Source: Schmidtea polychroa
Lineage: Eukaryota
Direction: 5' to 3'
Assembly: GCA_044892525.1 (NCBI GenBank)
Contig: CM097887.1
Span: forward strand, 39,246,001-39,310,000
Length of the DNA stretch: 64,000 nucleotides
Shown: piece after piece, positions 11,401 through 26,400 of the stretch
How the letters are laid out: every line of letters begins with the position of its first letter
Position numbering within the stretch: the stretch's first letter is position 1
Translations under genes and position numbers: made by a program
Notes under the pieces: model-generated
Database searches by the model: none
Seen by the model: only the letters and a program-made list of their open reading frames with translations
Told to the model about the DNA's origin: nothing

Positions 11401-14400
11401 ATAAAATACAAAAAATGTGAAACCAGTAAACCAATGTTCAGCACTGCATAAAAGCATTTTTTATATGAAAATTTAGTCTATGAAGACTAAATTGAGATAT
11501 CGCATATTGACATAAAAATTATCAAAGTTCAAATTTTTATTATTTTGCAGCAGGTTTCTGAATCAAATATTTCAAAAGATAATGTCTCTATTCTTGAGTT
11601 ATTGCCGATTTTCCTACTGACTTACTTTACAGCACTCAAAATACTTTTGGCTGTTTTACACAAAATTAAATTCTCTATGAATTATTGAATTTGGACAGTA
11701 AACAATCAAAATTTTAATTAAATTAATCAATAATCATTACAATCATTTCGATATTTTCTAATAAATACAACATCAATTGAAAAGAAATCAGTGGTGAAAT
11801 TTGAAAGAATTTCTTATAATTTATATAGTAATCAATATTTGCTATGTTTACCATTAATTTCTATAATTTTTATCAATAATTTTGTGTTATTCTAATTAAA
11901 AATTGAAGGTTATCATAAAATCTATATTTGATAATAATGATTATTTTATCTTGCAAGCTGTGGAAATTTTTCATTTTATTATATTCATTTTTGGAGCATA
12001 TTTTATCAATCATAAATAAATTGCATAAACACTATTTATTACCTGTTGTTGCATTAATTTTAATTACTCTAAAGCTTTTGTCGGTTTTCAATTCTGATGA
12101 GCTGTCAGCTTTGGTTTTAATTGGATTGGATTGAATTTTGGATATATCTGATGCAATTTGAGGTTCAATAGTCGTTGATTTCTGTATCGAATCTTAAAGA
12201 TACTTAATGAAATGCTGCTAAACATTGATTAAAATTCCAATCAATTAGTTATTTGGTGGTCAGTAAATTGCAAAAGTATCTAATTATAATAACCTGGTTC
12301 AGAATTAAGCTTAGGCTTTTTTCTCACAGAAATTTGATCATCTTCATCATCAGAGACAGCAATTGGAAATGGATGAGGATTGGTTTTTGTGAAACCACAA
12401 CGTAAACGAGCCTGCTCAATTTCTCTCAACAATGCCGAATTCGGACGAGACATCATGTGGGGAGGTCGTATAAGATTTTTATTTAACTGATATCTAGCTG
12501 AATTATTGTTTAAAAGAGCTGACGGATTGTTTGAAAGAGTAGGCAAAATTGATGATCGATAAGCACTTATTGGAGGTCTAAAGTAAGAAATAATTTACCA
12601 TTATGACAAAATCCATCAAGTTAATTTCCTGTTTCGAATAAAAGTCATTTAGTTGATTCCAATTATTCACTTTTATAAAGTACATTTTTATATTTTTCTG
12701 AAAGGTAAACGAATTAATTCCATAAAATTAATTTTTGCGAGAATGAAAATAAATTTCGAAAAAAAGAAAACAGGTCAAAAAAATAAATATTTTATTTACG
12801 ACTTTCGATCAAAAGTTTTTCCCAATGTCACAAAAACTTCGGCACTGCATTAATCACATTTTATATAACTAAAGATAGTGCCGAAAATGTTTGAGCGTTA
12901 TATAGCTTTTTATCTTGAATCGCAATGAAAATAAATGAAATGTTAAGAGAAAAACAAAAACGGATCAAAAGTGAACAACTATCACACGCAACTGGAATAA
13001 ATAATTGGGAATGCCATGACAAGAACTTAATTCTATTTTGTCTTATTACGAAAGAAAAGTAGTTGAAAATTGCCGTTATCTTCACGAAGAAGAATTACGT
13101 TAACAAAAAACTGAATTTTCGGTATTGGATTTTTTAATCAATTGAAGAACTCGCGTGTGCCAACAAAATTGCGTAATATTACAAAGATGAACTTAAGAAA
13201 ATTATTTTTCAAATACTAGTTTAACAACTTGTATTAGTCTGAGTCAGTAACATAGAATTATGCAGTAAAGCAAAAACAGTTCATATGTAATCAATTTAAG
13301 ACGCACGTAAATAACATTTTCATTATTTTTTTCAACTAATGAGTATTAAATGAAATTTTCCAGCGAAAAAAATCATGCACTGTTTTTATTATTTGGAAGG
13401 TTGTGAGTAATTTTATAAAGGTTAAGCAAAATAAGATTGAGTATCAATATGCATAATTGTCGTATGTGGTATAAAAAAAAGTATACAATCATCAGATTTG
13501 ATCGAAGAAAAATTATCGCAGGCTTATCATGTCGGGAGGAATTATCCTAGTTTTCTCAGTAAAAGCATCAAATTCAGCGATTATATGAAAATTATACTAC
13601 AACTGTGATCTGTGAATAGAAATTGAAATTGTATTTCTGTAGAAAACCATTATAAATCCAAAAAATAATTTGGTAAATTATAGTAATATATAATAGAGAC
13701 ACTAAGCTAAATATTCCCGTAATACAGTTTATTACAATATTTTATCCGCCAAAGATTACGAAAACACTATATAGGATCATCTTTTCCGAGTAAAAAATTG
13801 TCACGAAACATTATATTATTGTGTTCATTCAAAAGAGTATTAAGTAAATTGTTTTCATATAATAATATATAATCGACTACAAAACATAAAATCAATAAAT
13901 TGTAGTAAGTGATCAACATAAAGTATTATAAATCAATAAATAGGGATATGTATTCAATATAGTATTTAGTCAATATCAGAGGTCGAAAAGGGTACCCGTA
14001 CCCATTGGGTTCAAAATTTTGTGCAAGCCGCTTGCCGAAAGCAGATTTTGTCGTGTTAAATTTACGAATTCTATATTTAACAAGTTTAAAACCTATTAAA
14101 TGACTCAAACTATTAATTCAACTAAAGAGTACATTAAAGTTGAATGATCTAAATGCGATGATTCTTGCAAAGCGTTAGAGCTAAGAAAGAATTGTAATAC
14201 GAAAAAAGCGCTTCCGAATGTTGGATGACGTTTTTATTTGTGTATGAGAGGTATTCGAATGCTCTTCTAGAGTTTGATAGTAACAACTTTGTTGTCTGCA
14301 ATTATTGTCAAGCTGTGTTTACTTACAAATCATCACTTGGCACATCAACGATCAACAAACATGCGAAATCTTGCAAATCTGGAGCAATAGCGACATCAAG

Positions 14401-17400
14401 TCAGACCGCTAATGTGTGCAAAAGACATCTCAATTAAGGATTCCGGATTTCAGCAACTATGTAAGGTGATATTGGAAATTGGAGTGGCTCTAAGCAGGCA
14501 TGTGGACATTGTTGATCTAATGTCTAGTCCAAACACTGTCAAGAATTATTTTATTGATATGGCAACACAAGTTACAGAACTTGTAAATCTAAATGTACGC
14601 AGCATTTTGATGATGATATTGCAGCTGGATTTACAGCCGATCTATGGATTGACTCGATTAAAAAACGCTCTTTTATTTATTGAACGCTCGAACTCTTCAG
14701 GTTAAAGTATTCCATGCTGAGTCACACACAGCCAATGAAGTGTTTAAAGAATTTGAGCAATGTTTAGCTAAATATGGTTGTAATAATTCTTCATTAGCAA
14801 TTGTATGCTCTGATAGTGGTTTTAATATGACTTCCATTGGTGGAATTCGTTCTAAATATTCTTGGCTGCCTGTGCTGATCATAAGTTGGCTACTGTTTTG
14901 ACAACCGTATTTAACAAAACAACTGAAGTTGTAAATGGAAATCGCTCAACACCATTTTATCGATTTTTTGATTTAGCCCCAGAACTATTTGAATTAATTG
15001 ACAATTGTAAAACTTTAGTGACATATTTTAAGCAAGCAAATCTTCAAAATTATCTCACTTCGACGCTCAAACAAGAAAACTGCACTCGTTGGAACTCGCT
15101 TCTAAGACTACTAGAAAGTATAATCAAAGTCTATCACGAAATTTACGCAATTTCGGAGCCAAAAAATAAGCAGTTGCTGCTTGCCAAGATTGATAAGAAT
15201 TTGTTAGAAGATTTAGCTTCTTTTTTAACCGAATTTCAAGTTTCAACTTTGGTATTAGCGCAGTTCAAGACACCAACTTTGCATCTTATTGTTTATGAGA
15301 GGTTCAGACTTATAGCTCATTGCAAATGAATTATGGAAGATACAAAAAAGCCACAAATGCAAAAAATTGTAGAACTTGTACATGAAACAATAAAGTCTAA
15401 GTGGAAACTAGAAGATTTACATGTTTTGGCTGCGTATCTCGATCCCTGTCAAAAAGCAAGATTAGAATCTAAGTTTAAAGTTTCGATCGACACAATTAAT
15501 AAATGTCAGTCGCAATTACGTTCTTTATTGCAGAAGGTTGGGGAGAGTCAAAGTGGCAGTACGGAAAATGAGCAGATTAAAAAAGATAGTGCAACAACAA
15601 ATTAAACGGCAAAGAACAGTTCACAAGAAAGACATTATTTCACTTGCGGGAAGTTCTTCAGATGATGAGTCAGATCTTGAAGCAGAAATACTAAAAAAAC
15701 CAAGTCTTTTGGAACAAATTGGAGCTGAGATAAAGCTTTACTCTCTACTTCGCTTTCTAAAGCACCATCACAGTCGTGAGAATTTTGATATTTTAGATTG
15801 GTGGAAGAATGCGAAGAATTTGTCTATCATGGCCAGAGAAGCTAGGTTTCTACTATCAATACCCGCTTCTTCATCAATGTCAGAATGCAACTTTTCGGAC
15901 GCTGGCAATACTATAACTAAGAAGCGCAATGCACTGGCTGCATCCAGAATCGACGATATTTTAGTTATTTGTTCTAATTATGATATAATAAATTGAATAA
16001 TAAAATGACAATATTCTAAGTTTTTTTAAATTCTTTTTTTGTGTAACTAGCGCATAGCTTTTGTATCGTATTTTTTTAGTGTAGTTGCAGTCACAAATAT
16101 TATCAGTTTTAATTTAGTTTCGGGTTATCATCGGGTAGGTACGAGTCGGGTAAAAAAAGGAAGTTTGCGACCACTGGTCAATATATATTATATGTTCAAC
16201 CGGCGCCTTTGAAGTAGCTATAAAACTTCGATAATCAGTATTGGCAGTATGCTAAAATAACGGTCGATGAAATTGCTTTATGCACGTTGTTATATTTAGT
16301 CGTGAATGAGCATATTATATTAAACTATATATACGTGGAATAGTTAATAATTGTTGACGTATCCCACCTCTGAGGCGTGATGCCCCACTGTGGGAAACAC
16401 TGGTATAATCAATATGTATAATATTAATCAATATACATTATACAATAATACTATATAATCAATATCTAATATTATATACTCATATAGATTTGTTTAATAA
16501 ATTAAAACAAATTAAAGCAATTTTAATGACAATAGAAAATAATAAAAAATTACCTATTATGTAAAGGAGCCTCATTTACGGGAACTGTGGTTTTAATATA
16601 ATAGTCAGAATAACTGTTTTTTTGATAATACAAAGATTGGCGTTTATCTAATTCATATCTTTCTTTTGCTTTTCTTTTTTCTCGACGAGTTAAACGATAA
16701 TCTTTTCTATCGATCAGTAACGATTCATGAGTAAACGGAACCTTGGTCACCCATGTTGCGTGATTTTCAAGAATTCTCCCGAGAATAGGATCTTCATCGC
16801 CACATCCTCGTTTAATTTCATCAATATTTCCCTCTGTCAACGATGGGATATCGATATCTTCATACTGAACCAGAACTTGAACTTGAGATCTGGTGAACTG
16901 TTGTCCAGGATTAGACTCATCGACAACACGGTCTGAAATTCCCTGTTTCGTGACCTGTGCGTGTATTGATTATGAAACATTGCTGTTAATTTTCTTTCAA
17001 ATACCTGACGATCGTAAATCTTTTTCTCTATTGTGTTATCGGTTACTAATCGATAAATAAAGCACGGTTTCACTTGGCCATACCTATACACACGACACAC
17101 TGCTTGGCAATCGTGGCAAGGGTTCCAAGACGCGTCAAACACAATGACCCTATTAGCTCCAATAAGGTTTATTCCAAGACACCCAGCTCTTTAAATAACT
17201 AATTAAATCTATTTCAATGAATAATATTTGGAATAGACCTGGTGGATAATAAAAACAAGAAAGCTTCAGACCCTGGTTCATTAAATGATTTAATCATTCG
17301 TTCTCTCTCAGTTGCAGATGTACTACCATCGAGTCCTGAATGATTTCAATGAGATTTCACTTATTTGATGCTAAGGTTTTACAAGATTTCATTAAAATGA

Positions 17401-20400
17401 TGACTATTATGCGAGGCTAGGGGTTTAAATTTTAGCTACTTCCAAAAAAAACTACTATTTCATTTTCTTTTTAATGTTTTATTATTTTCATTATATATTT
17501 TTAACATTTTGTATAAAAATTTACTTTATTATATAATACCTTTGGACAATGTAGTATGAGATGCCTGAGTCAAAGATAAATTTGAATAAATTCTTAAAAT
17601 CTGACTTCAAGTGACAAATCGAGATGTTTTTACTCAGTGACACAAAATATACTATATATTTTTAGGAATATTTATACATAAATTTTGACGAAACCAATAT
17701 TTTTTAATTCTAAAATTTTTTTTACACGTTCTTTTCAAAGTTATCATATACACCATAATATTCACTCCTTATGATCTTATATTACTTATTTCACATTTAT
17801 TTAAAGAATTTATGATTGATTCTGGCTTTTCTTCGTGTTTTCGCTATTATCATTCTGTCTTCAAGTTGGTAGCCTAATAAATTACTTTCAACTTATAGTC
17901 TGCTTCATAAGAATATCATTGTAAGTTTAAACTCAATCCTTAGTTTTTTCCGTATAGTTAGAAACAAGAATCTAATTTTTAAACACATAATTCAAAAAAA
18001 TATTTTATAATTATGGTACTTCGATTGATTTTTTTTCGAATGAATATAAATCACATTATAATCAAAAACTTTTCCTTAACATCTTCATGCAGCAGGACAT
18101 TATTATTGTAAAAGAAAATTTTGTAAAGAGGCTATAAATAGCGATATTAAGAGTTCTGTAAATAAGTTTAATAGTCTTTTAAATATGCTGGGATGAAAAT
18201 TTATAAATTCAAATTATTCAAATGAATTTCTAAAGCAACAGGATTTATTTATTTATGACATTTATTTATAAAAAATGTTTTTATTTCATTGCTTTTTGAA
18301 AACAGCATTATTAATTTCAACATTAGTTTTTGTTTCAGATCTTAATACATCTTATATTTTATACCTTATGTTTTGATGTGTCAATTACATTTATTTTACT
18401 TCGGGCTAATTTCTCAAAATATTTGATGACGTCATTATGTAATGTTAAAAAAATAAATTTATTAATCAATAATAATTGTGAAAAGTAATAATTTTAGAGT
18501 AAAAAAACAAATTCATGGGCAAATGAATTTTGAAATAAAATATAAAAATCTCTAAAGAATTATCTGTAAAGCCTAAAAATACATCAATAAAATATTTTGC
18601 AATACTAGTTTTAATAAATTTATTTAAATAATATTTAAATAAAAAAAAATTTTTTAAATTGAATTAAGAATAAATATTAAACTGCAAAGTATATTGAATA
18701 TAAAATGAAATAATTTTCGATTATAAAACTTAATCCTAAAATAATTATAAAAAATATAAATTAAGATTAAATTTTTTTTAAAAAAATAACGTTTTTAATT
18801 GATAAAAATTTATTAATGGTCTAAATGACAATTTTTTTAAATTATCAGTGAAATTAAGCATTTTTTATGAAGAACCTAAAAAATGCTTCAATAAAATATT
18901 TTGCAATACCAGTTTTAATAAATTTATTTAAATAATGTTTAAATAAAAAATAAATATTTTTTTAATTAAAAAAATTAAGAAATAAAAAATAAATATTAAA
19001 CAAGTAAATTATAAACGCATTTTGCTACAAAGTAAGAAAAACAAATAAATCACTTAATGATAATATAATCATTTCGATTATAAAAATGATTTTTAAATAA
19101 AAATAAAATATTATAAAATTTAATTATTAATTAGATATATTATAATTATTAAAAAATGCTTCAATAAAATATTTTGCAATACCAGTTTAAATAAATTTGT
19201 TTGAATAATGTTTAAATAAAAAATAAATATTAAAAAAGTAAATGACAAATAAGTTACGATTATAAAAATAATTTTAAATAAATTTGTTTGAATAATGTTT
19301 AAATAAAAATTATTATTTTTTAAAATTTGAATTTTAAATAAAAAATAAATAATTTTTAAAATTGAATTAAAACAAAAATAAATAAATTTTTAAAATTGAA
19401 TTAAAACAAAAATAAATAATTTTTTTAATTTAAAAAATTAAGAAATGACAAATAAATATTAAAAAAGTAAATGACAAATAAGTTACGTTTATAAAAATAA
19501 TTTTTAAAAATTTTAATTAAAATTTTTTAATTAATAAAATTAAAAATTAGAAAACAAATAATATAAAAAATTCGATTATAAAAATAATTTTTAAATATAT
19601 TAAATTTTTTGGAAAATAAATTTTAAATAAAAAATAATAAATAAATATATATTATAAAATTTGATTATTAATTAACTATATTCCAAAAAATTATTTTTAA
19701 GCAATTGAAAATAAACGAAAGACTTACTAAAATAAGTTCGATTTTTCTCCCATGTGTTATTGTCCGGAAGTTTACTCTGCTTCAGAAATACTTCTATTAA
19801 ATCCAGAGTGAGCAAACTTTGACTGAAAACGAGCATCTTATCTCCATAACGAATTGATTCTTCCATTAAGCTGAGAAAGATAATAATTTTTCCACTATGT
19901 TCTGAACATTCTGCCTTATAATTTTCATTATTTGCCAATAACCAAGTATCGTCAGTGATCCAAGAATAAGGATCAACATTATCATTATCTTTGTGCAAAA
20001 CGCTTTCCAAATAGCTTGAATACGACATGAAATTTGCAGGAATTTTGTTAGATGGAATTAAAGAGTTGGAAAACCCATTTTCCTTCAATGATAATTTATT
20101 GGAATTTTCAAGAAAATTTCCATCGCTTTCTAATCGACTATTATCTTCTTCATTTGATTCTAAAGTCACAGGACTTGAAATTGTGTTTGAAGATGTAAGA
20201 GACTTTTTATTTTCTTTTATTTTACTTTTCGGTTTCGATTTTGAAGTAGATTTTGAATTATTAGGTAACTCATCATCAATATCAAAATCAAAATCTGGAT
20301 CAGGTCTAGATGCTTTTTGTTCCTTTAAAACCCGAAATAAAATATCTGGGTGGTTCCATATCTGAAATTTTTATCTTGTCTTTATATTTGTCAATGCTTT

Positions 20401-23400
20401 ATTATAGAACACATTTGATAGCAATATTTAGAAAAACACCAAATAAAAATGGATATTTAAAATTAAAATAAATTCATGCCAAATTCAAGTTTAAATTATG
20501 AAAAGTTATTAAGGTTTTTAATAAAAATTAATTTTGTGAATAAATTTTTATCGAGTATTTTTATAATTTCTGAAATATGGATTAATTTATTTGAAATCTT
20601 GATTGATTTAATTTAGATATAGATTGATTTATTTAAAATACTTGATCAAATTAAGTGCCAAATCTTGTATGTTGATTTGTATTATTTATTGAAAATTCAA
20701 CATGAGTTCACAAAATTTCTAATCTACTCGATATTTATTAATAACGAATTATTTTTCGGCTTCGATTTCAAACCGGAAATAAGATATCTGGATGATTCCA
20801 TATCTGAAATTTTTATCGTGTCAATGTTTTATTAAGTCAAAACGTTTTATTTGTGGTCCGTGCCTCAGCTACGATGCGCATATAAATGTAATACTTACAG
20901 TAGTGCGTGGCTTGATGAACAAATCCATCAGGTTATCCCTTTGCAGCGTTCAACGTGTTAAAAATGGATATGTCAAATTAAAATAAATTTATGCAAAATT
21001 CGAGTTTAAATTATGAAAAGTTATGCAAGATCATAAATTAAGGTTTATAATATTTTTACTGAATAAAAATGACATATTTTTATCGATTATTTTTATAATT
21101 TATGGAATATGGATTAATTTATATGAATTGATTTATTTGAAATATGTATTGATTTATTTGAAATGCGTAAAATATTAGAGTTTATTTCAATTGCGACTCA
21201 ATTAATGGTTATTTCAAATTAAAATGAAAATTCAGAAATTCAAAGCAAATTCGAGTATAAATTTTGAAAATTTATGCAAAGTTATTAATTAATCATATAT
21301 AATATTATATAATTTCTGAAATATGATACTGCAAATTTGAGAAATATTGATTTAATATTGCCAATTTTAAAATTTCTCGTCAATTGAACCACGAATAAAA
21401 AAATTTTGCTTTGAAAATGATTGCCATCTTTAATTTTTGAGCTTTTTAATTATGGTGAACAGAGCATGATATTTTCTCTAAAGAAATTAATGAATTCGTC
21501 TGCGATAAAACGTAAATTTACAGATTGTCGATGTACATTGAAATTCGAATTACTAATTTTATGGAAGTGAATAAATAATAAATCAAAATAAGTTACAAAC
21601 AATTCAACGATTACAAATCAGATCATATGTAAGTTGTGGAAAATCGTTCCTGGACAACTTCTACAATATCAGTTGCGCACCTGGCAATTTTAAAATATTG
21701 TTTAAATGGCAATCGTCAGTTGGTAATTATCTAGTATGCAATTAATTTTCTAATAATGAAAAAACAATACAATAATGATTGGGAGTTTTCACTTTATTTG
21801 ATCAATAATTCTTAAAAATTTAAAGACAACAAAAAAATATTAATTTTAAACAAAAATAATTATTTTATGTGAAATATGGATTAATTTATTTGAAATATTG
21901 ATTAATTTAATTGATATATGGATTAATTTATTTGAAATATTGATTAATTTAATTGATATATGGATTATTTTTATTTGAAATATGGATTATTTGTATTTGA
22001 AATAAATGATTTTATTTGAAGTATTCAATACATTTTCAAAGAATGAGATCCATTGGATTTCATAAAAATAAAGATTAGAATGCTCTAATGCAGTGTTTCC
22101 TAAAGTTGGTCAATTTCAAAAATTAATATATTTAAATTTTCACATATTTATTATAACTATAAAATTAAATAATTTCTTAATTATAATCATGTAGCGATTA
22201 ATATTATTTTAATTTTCAACTACAGAGGAAATTTATTTAATTAACTAATATTATTATTATTTTATTTAATTAACAAATGTAATCTCTTGATATTTTCAAA
22301 AATGAGATAAAAAAGTTCAATATTTGAATTGGATATTGCAAAACAAACATACAATATTAAAAACTAAGATAAAGGAAATATATTAAATTTGGTAATTTGA
22401 AAAAAATTAAATTAATTTTGTAAATTTTTGAGGTATAAAAAAATAGTTTGGGAAACACTGCTCAAATGGAATTTTGAATATGCACAAAAGTAAAGCTTGG
22501 GTTAATCAATATATTTTAAAGTTAAAATTAAGACTGTTAAAGAACATTGTCAAAAAAGATGTTTTTTAAAAATTAATAACAAGTGTGAAAGATAGCATTG
22601 AAAAATTGGGTTAAATAGTGAAATTAATTAACACAAACTCTCAGCACTGTCTTTTTCAAAAATAAAAAAAAGAGAAAAGAGAAAAATAGAAAAGAAAATA
22701 AATAAAAAACAAGTGTGAAAGATAGCACTAAAAAATTGTTTAATCTGGAAATTAATCACTCGTTTTCTAATGTAGATTTATGGATTAAAAATCATGGGAT
22801 GTAGTAAAATGGTTGTAAGATAATGTACAGGAATAGGTTAACATTTAATTTTGCAGATAAATATATATTTTCGTTACTTGGATGGTAATTATAATTTCAA
22901 AAAGAAAAAAAGACAAAATAACAAGTGTGAAAAATACACTGAAAAATTGTATTAAATAGGATAATTAATTAACACAGAGAAATGCCTTTTTCAACAATAA
23001 AAAAGGAAAAAATGCAAAGAAAAAAATAACGAGTGTGAAAGATAGAGCTGAAAATTTGATTTAATTAACACAAACTCAGTAGTCTTTTTCAAAAAAAGGT
23101 AAAAGAAGTATGAAAAATGTTGTGTTAGAAATTTGTCATAAACTCTTTTTCAAATATCTAAAATATATCTTAATTTCAATATATTTTAGATATAATCTCT
23201 TTAATCCAAAGTTAATGAATAGATAAGAATTTATATTGAAATAAAGAAATAAAACTAGATTTGACATATCAATATTTTTTAAATTAACATACTTTCCGTC
23301 ATCGGATCGATCTGAAATTTTGATAGCATGCAGTGTTCTCAACAACGAATCTACAGTCAAATTTCAGCTCAATCCGATCATGGAAACTAGGTTAATTTAA

Positions 23401-26400
23401 CCTCGCGTAATTTGAGTGGCACAATCAATCAAACGCGAAGTTAATAAAGAGTAAAAAGGGGGGTGAAATAAAAGAAAAGAAAAAAAACGAATTAAATTAA
23501 CATAAATTCAGTAGTCTTTTTCAAAAAAAGTAAAAAAAGAGGTAAACGTAGTGCTAAAAATTTGTCTTAAATAAAAACTTTTAAAAAAAAAATTAAAAAA
23601 TAACGAGTGTGAAAGATAGCACTGAAAATTTTTAATAGATAGAAAATTTAATTAACACAAACTTTCAGTGCGACATTTTCAAAGGTGCAAAAAGAAAAAA
23701 AATGAAAAAAAAACAAAATGAAAAAGAAAAAAATGAAAAAAAAGAAAAACCATTGATATATAAACATTATTTCCCAAAATATAACTTATTTAAAATATAT
23801 GTAATTTAATTTGTATTTTAACTATCAGATTTTCATTCAAAGATATGATTGGTTTAGGAAATTATTTTAAACTTAAACTTATCGATTTTACCCAATATAT
23901 TAAGAGTAATCCTATTAAAAAATTATAATTAAATGGACGCATTTAATTAATTATTATTAAAAAGCATAAAAAATTATTATAAACTGATAAAAACTTACCT
24001 TACAACACATTGCATAAGTTCGAAGCGTATTATTTTGCGCCCAATTATAAAGATTCCCATTTAATAATTGTTCCATAAACGATGAGTATAACTTCCTTTG
24101 GATTGGTGACATTTTAATCATAATAACATATTCCCATTTCGGGGGCAAATTTGCTTTAAGCACCGCATGGCTACGCCTTTGGACAAACCCTTCGAGTAAC
24201 TCATGCAAAACATGTGCTCGACCCTGCATTAACTTCCTATCTTCAAAGGTGCTATCAACACACTGACCATTTTCAATCGGTCTTTGAAACATGTTATTAA
24301 ATTCATGTTTACTTCCTAGATAATTCGGTCTGACAAAGTCCACCATGCACCAATATTCGGTTAGGTTATTTTGTAACGGATACCCAGTCATCACAACACG
24401 ACGGCTGAAAGTTTTTATAAAATTGAACTATTTCATAATGAAATAATATTTTTTTATCTAAATCAGAATTGTTTTTGCAATAATTGTGGAGAATTTAAAT
24501 TCGCGCGATCAGTGATTGGCTAATGAAGTTTATTTGATTCATAAAGTTTGTACAGATGGAAAATGTTCATATTATTTGGTTTTGTTGAAATTTCTCTTTT
24601 AAATAGGAGATCATAAAATATTTTTGTTTATATTTATAAAAAGGCAAATTTTTAAAAATATTATTATTTAAATTTTTTTTAGTTTTTTAAATTTTAATAT
24701 TTGAAATATTAAAAAAATTTATAAAATGGAAAGAAAATAAAGAAAATCAATAAATTTTAAATATTTATTTAAAAAATGAAAATTTTAAATTAAAACAAAA
24801 ATATATTTTTTTTTAATTTAAACTGAAACAGCAAATTCAAAAAAATCAAAAAATTTATGTTTATTTAAAAAGTGCGCTAAAATTTTTAAAATTAAAACAA
24901 AATTATTTAAACTAAAACAGAAAATTCAAAATTTTAGTTTGCTCTCTTCCTCTTTAAAGTTTCTAATTTGGCGATCACGAAAATATTTGTGTTTTAATTT
25001 TAGACAATTTTAAAATCTTAAAATTTTAAATATTATGGGATTACAAATGTAAGGAAAATAAAAAATCAAATTTAAATATTTTTTAAAATACGCGCCAATT
25101 TTTTAAAATTAAAACAAAAATATTTTTTATAACCCCATGTCTGAATTAATATAGATTACGTTAGAGGTGGAATGGTATTGAAATTGAGTAGTTTGTCAAA
25201 TGGGATTTTTGGCTTGGAAATTTAGGGTTAAGAATCTCTCCTTAACGCCTGTCATTTCTTATCATCATTTTGGCAAAGCTTAAGAATTTCCAACCGATTA
25301 GAAAAAGAGATATATATATCCATGCTCCAGAAGCCATCGAATCACGGAGAAATTCTTTTTTAAAAGACAGAGAGTATAGTATGATTAGAAGAGATGTATC
25401 AATTTTCTTGGCTTCTATGTTCTCCAGGGGATTTCTCGATGATGACATGTGAAAACCAATGTTTAACGAAGCCTAAGTCTTCAAAGTACTGGTAGTATTT
25501 GGATGGGTACAAGATATCAAAGGAGAAGTATATATAGATATAAAGATGTTCAAAAGAATCAAAGAAATATCAGTTATAAAAATGAGAATGAAACAAGGTA
25601 GGAGATGAAGGATACCAATAAAAGGTAAAAAAAGCTTAAGAATTTCCAACCGATTAGAAAAAGATATATTATCCATGCTCTAGAAGCCATCGAATCACGG
25701 AGAAATATAAAAATGAGAATGAAACAAGGTAAGAGATGAAGGATACCAATAAAAGGTTTAAAAAAGTTTTGAATGGTTAAAGGCTTTTAAAGAAAGATGT
25801 GAAAAATGATTGAAATAATGATTAATGATGCAAGTATTGTTATTGAGAAATGCATTAATATTATATCAACAAGCTGGGTCATATTCATAGCAGTGTTCCT
25901 TCTTTCTTTTCCTTTCACAGATTCTAGCTATCATCCCACATGGACTCCATGAGTAGCCTCCTACATATTTGCATGTCCATGGTATCGAAATTCTGTCATT
26001 TTAGCTAATAAAAATTAAATTTATGTAAGCAAGGAAATTTACTCGCGTAAATTTTATTTCAATTCATTCATCATTGGAGCAAATAAAATTATATTAAAAA
26101 TCGATAAAGATTATTTTTTAAAATTAAGCACGAGCCCAACCGGAACCGGATTTAAATAACAAAATATCGCATCTGCATTCATATAGATATATCAATATCA
26201 AACAATAACCGATACGGTGAACAAATAATTAATCATCATTATTGGTGAAAGATATTTTAGATAATAAATAGATATTTTATGTTTAAAATTATTATTGATT
26301 GTTTTAAAAATAGCTAACTGTGTTCTAACGGCTTTTAAAGCTTTACTGATCGATGCTTCACTGTTTTTAATTCTGTGGCCTTCATCACAAATGACAACCT

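Noticed and set aside
16350-16402. hAT MITE ending ...TGTGGGAAACACTG
   Set aside because: Only one TIR found; no matching left end or TSD.
22857-22884. Plus-strand AG..GT mini-exon reading YFRYLDG, similar to ARIP4 YFRLDG
   Set aside because: Wrong strand, very short, and no nucleotide-level support for duplication; likely chance.
21875-25763. CRISPR-like arrays among the tandem or interspersed repeats
   Set aside because: Eukaryotic introns, degenerate units, no constant-length unique spacers, no cas genes.
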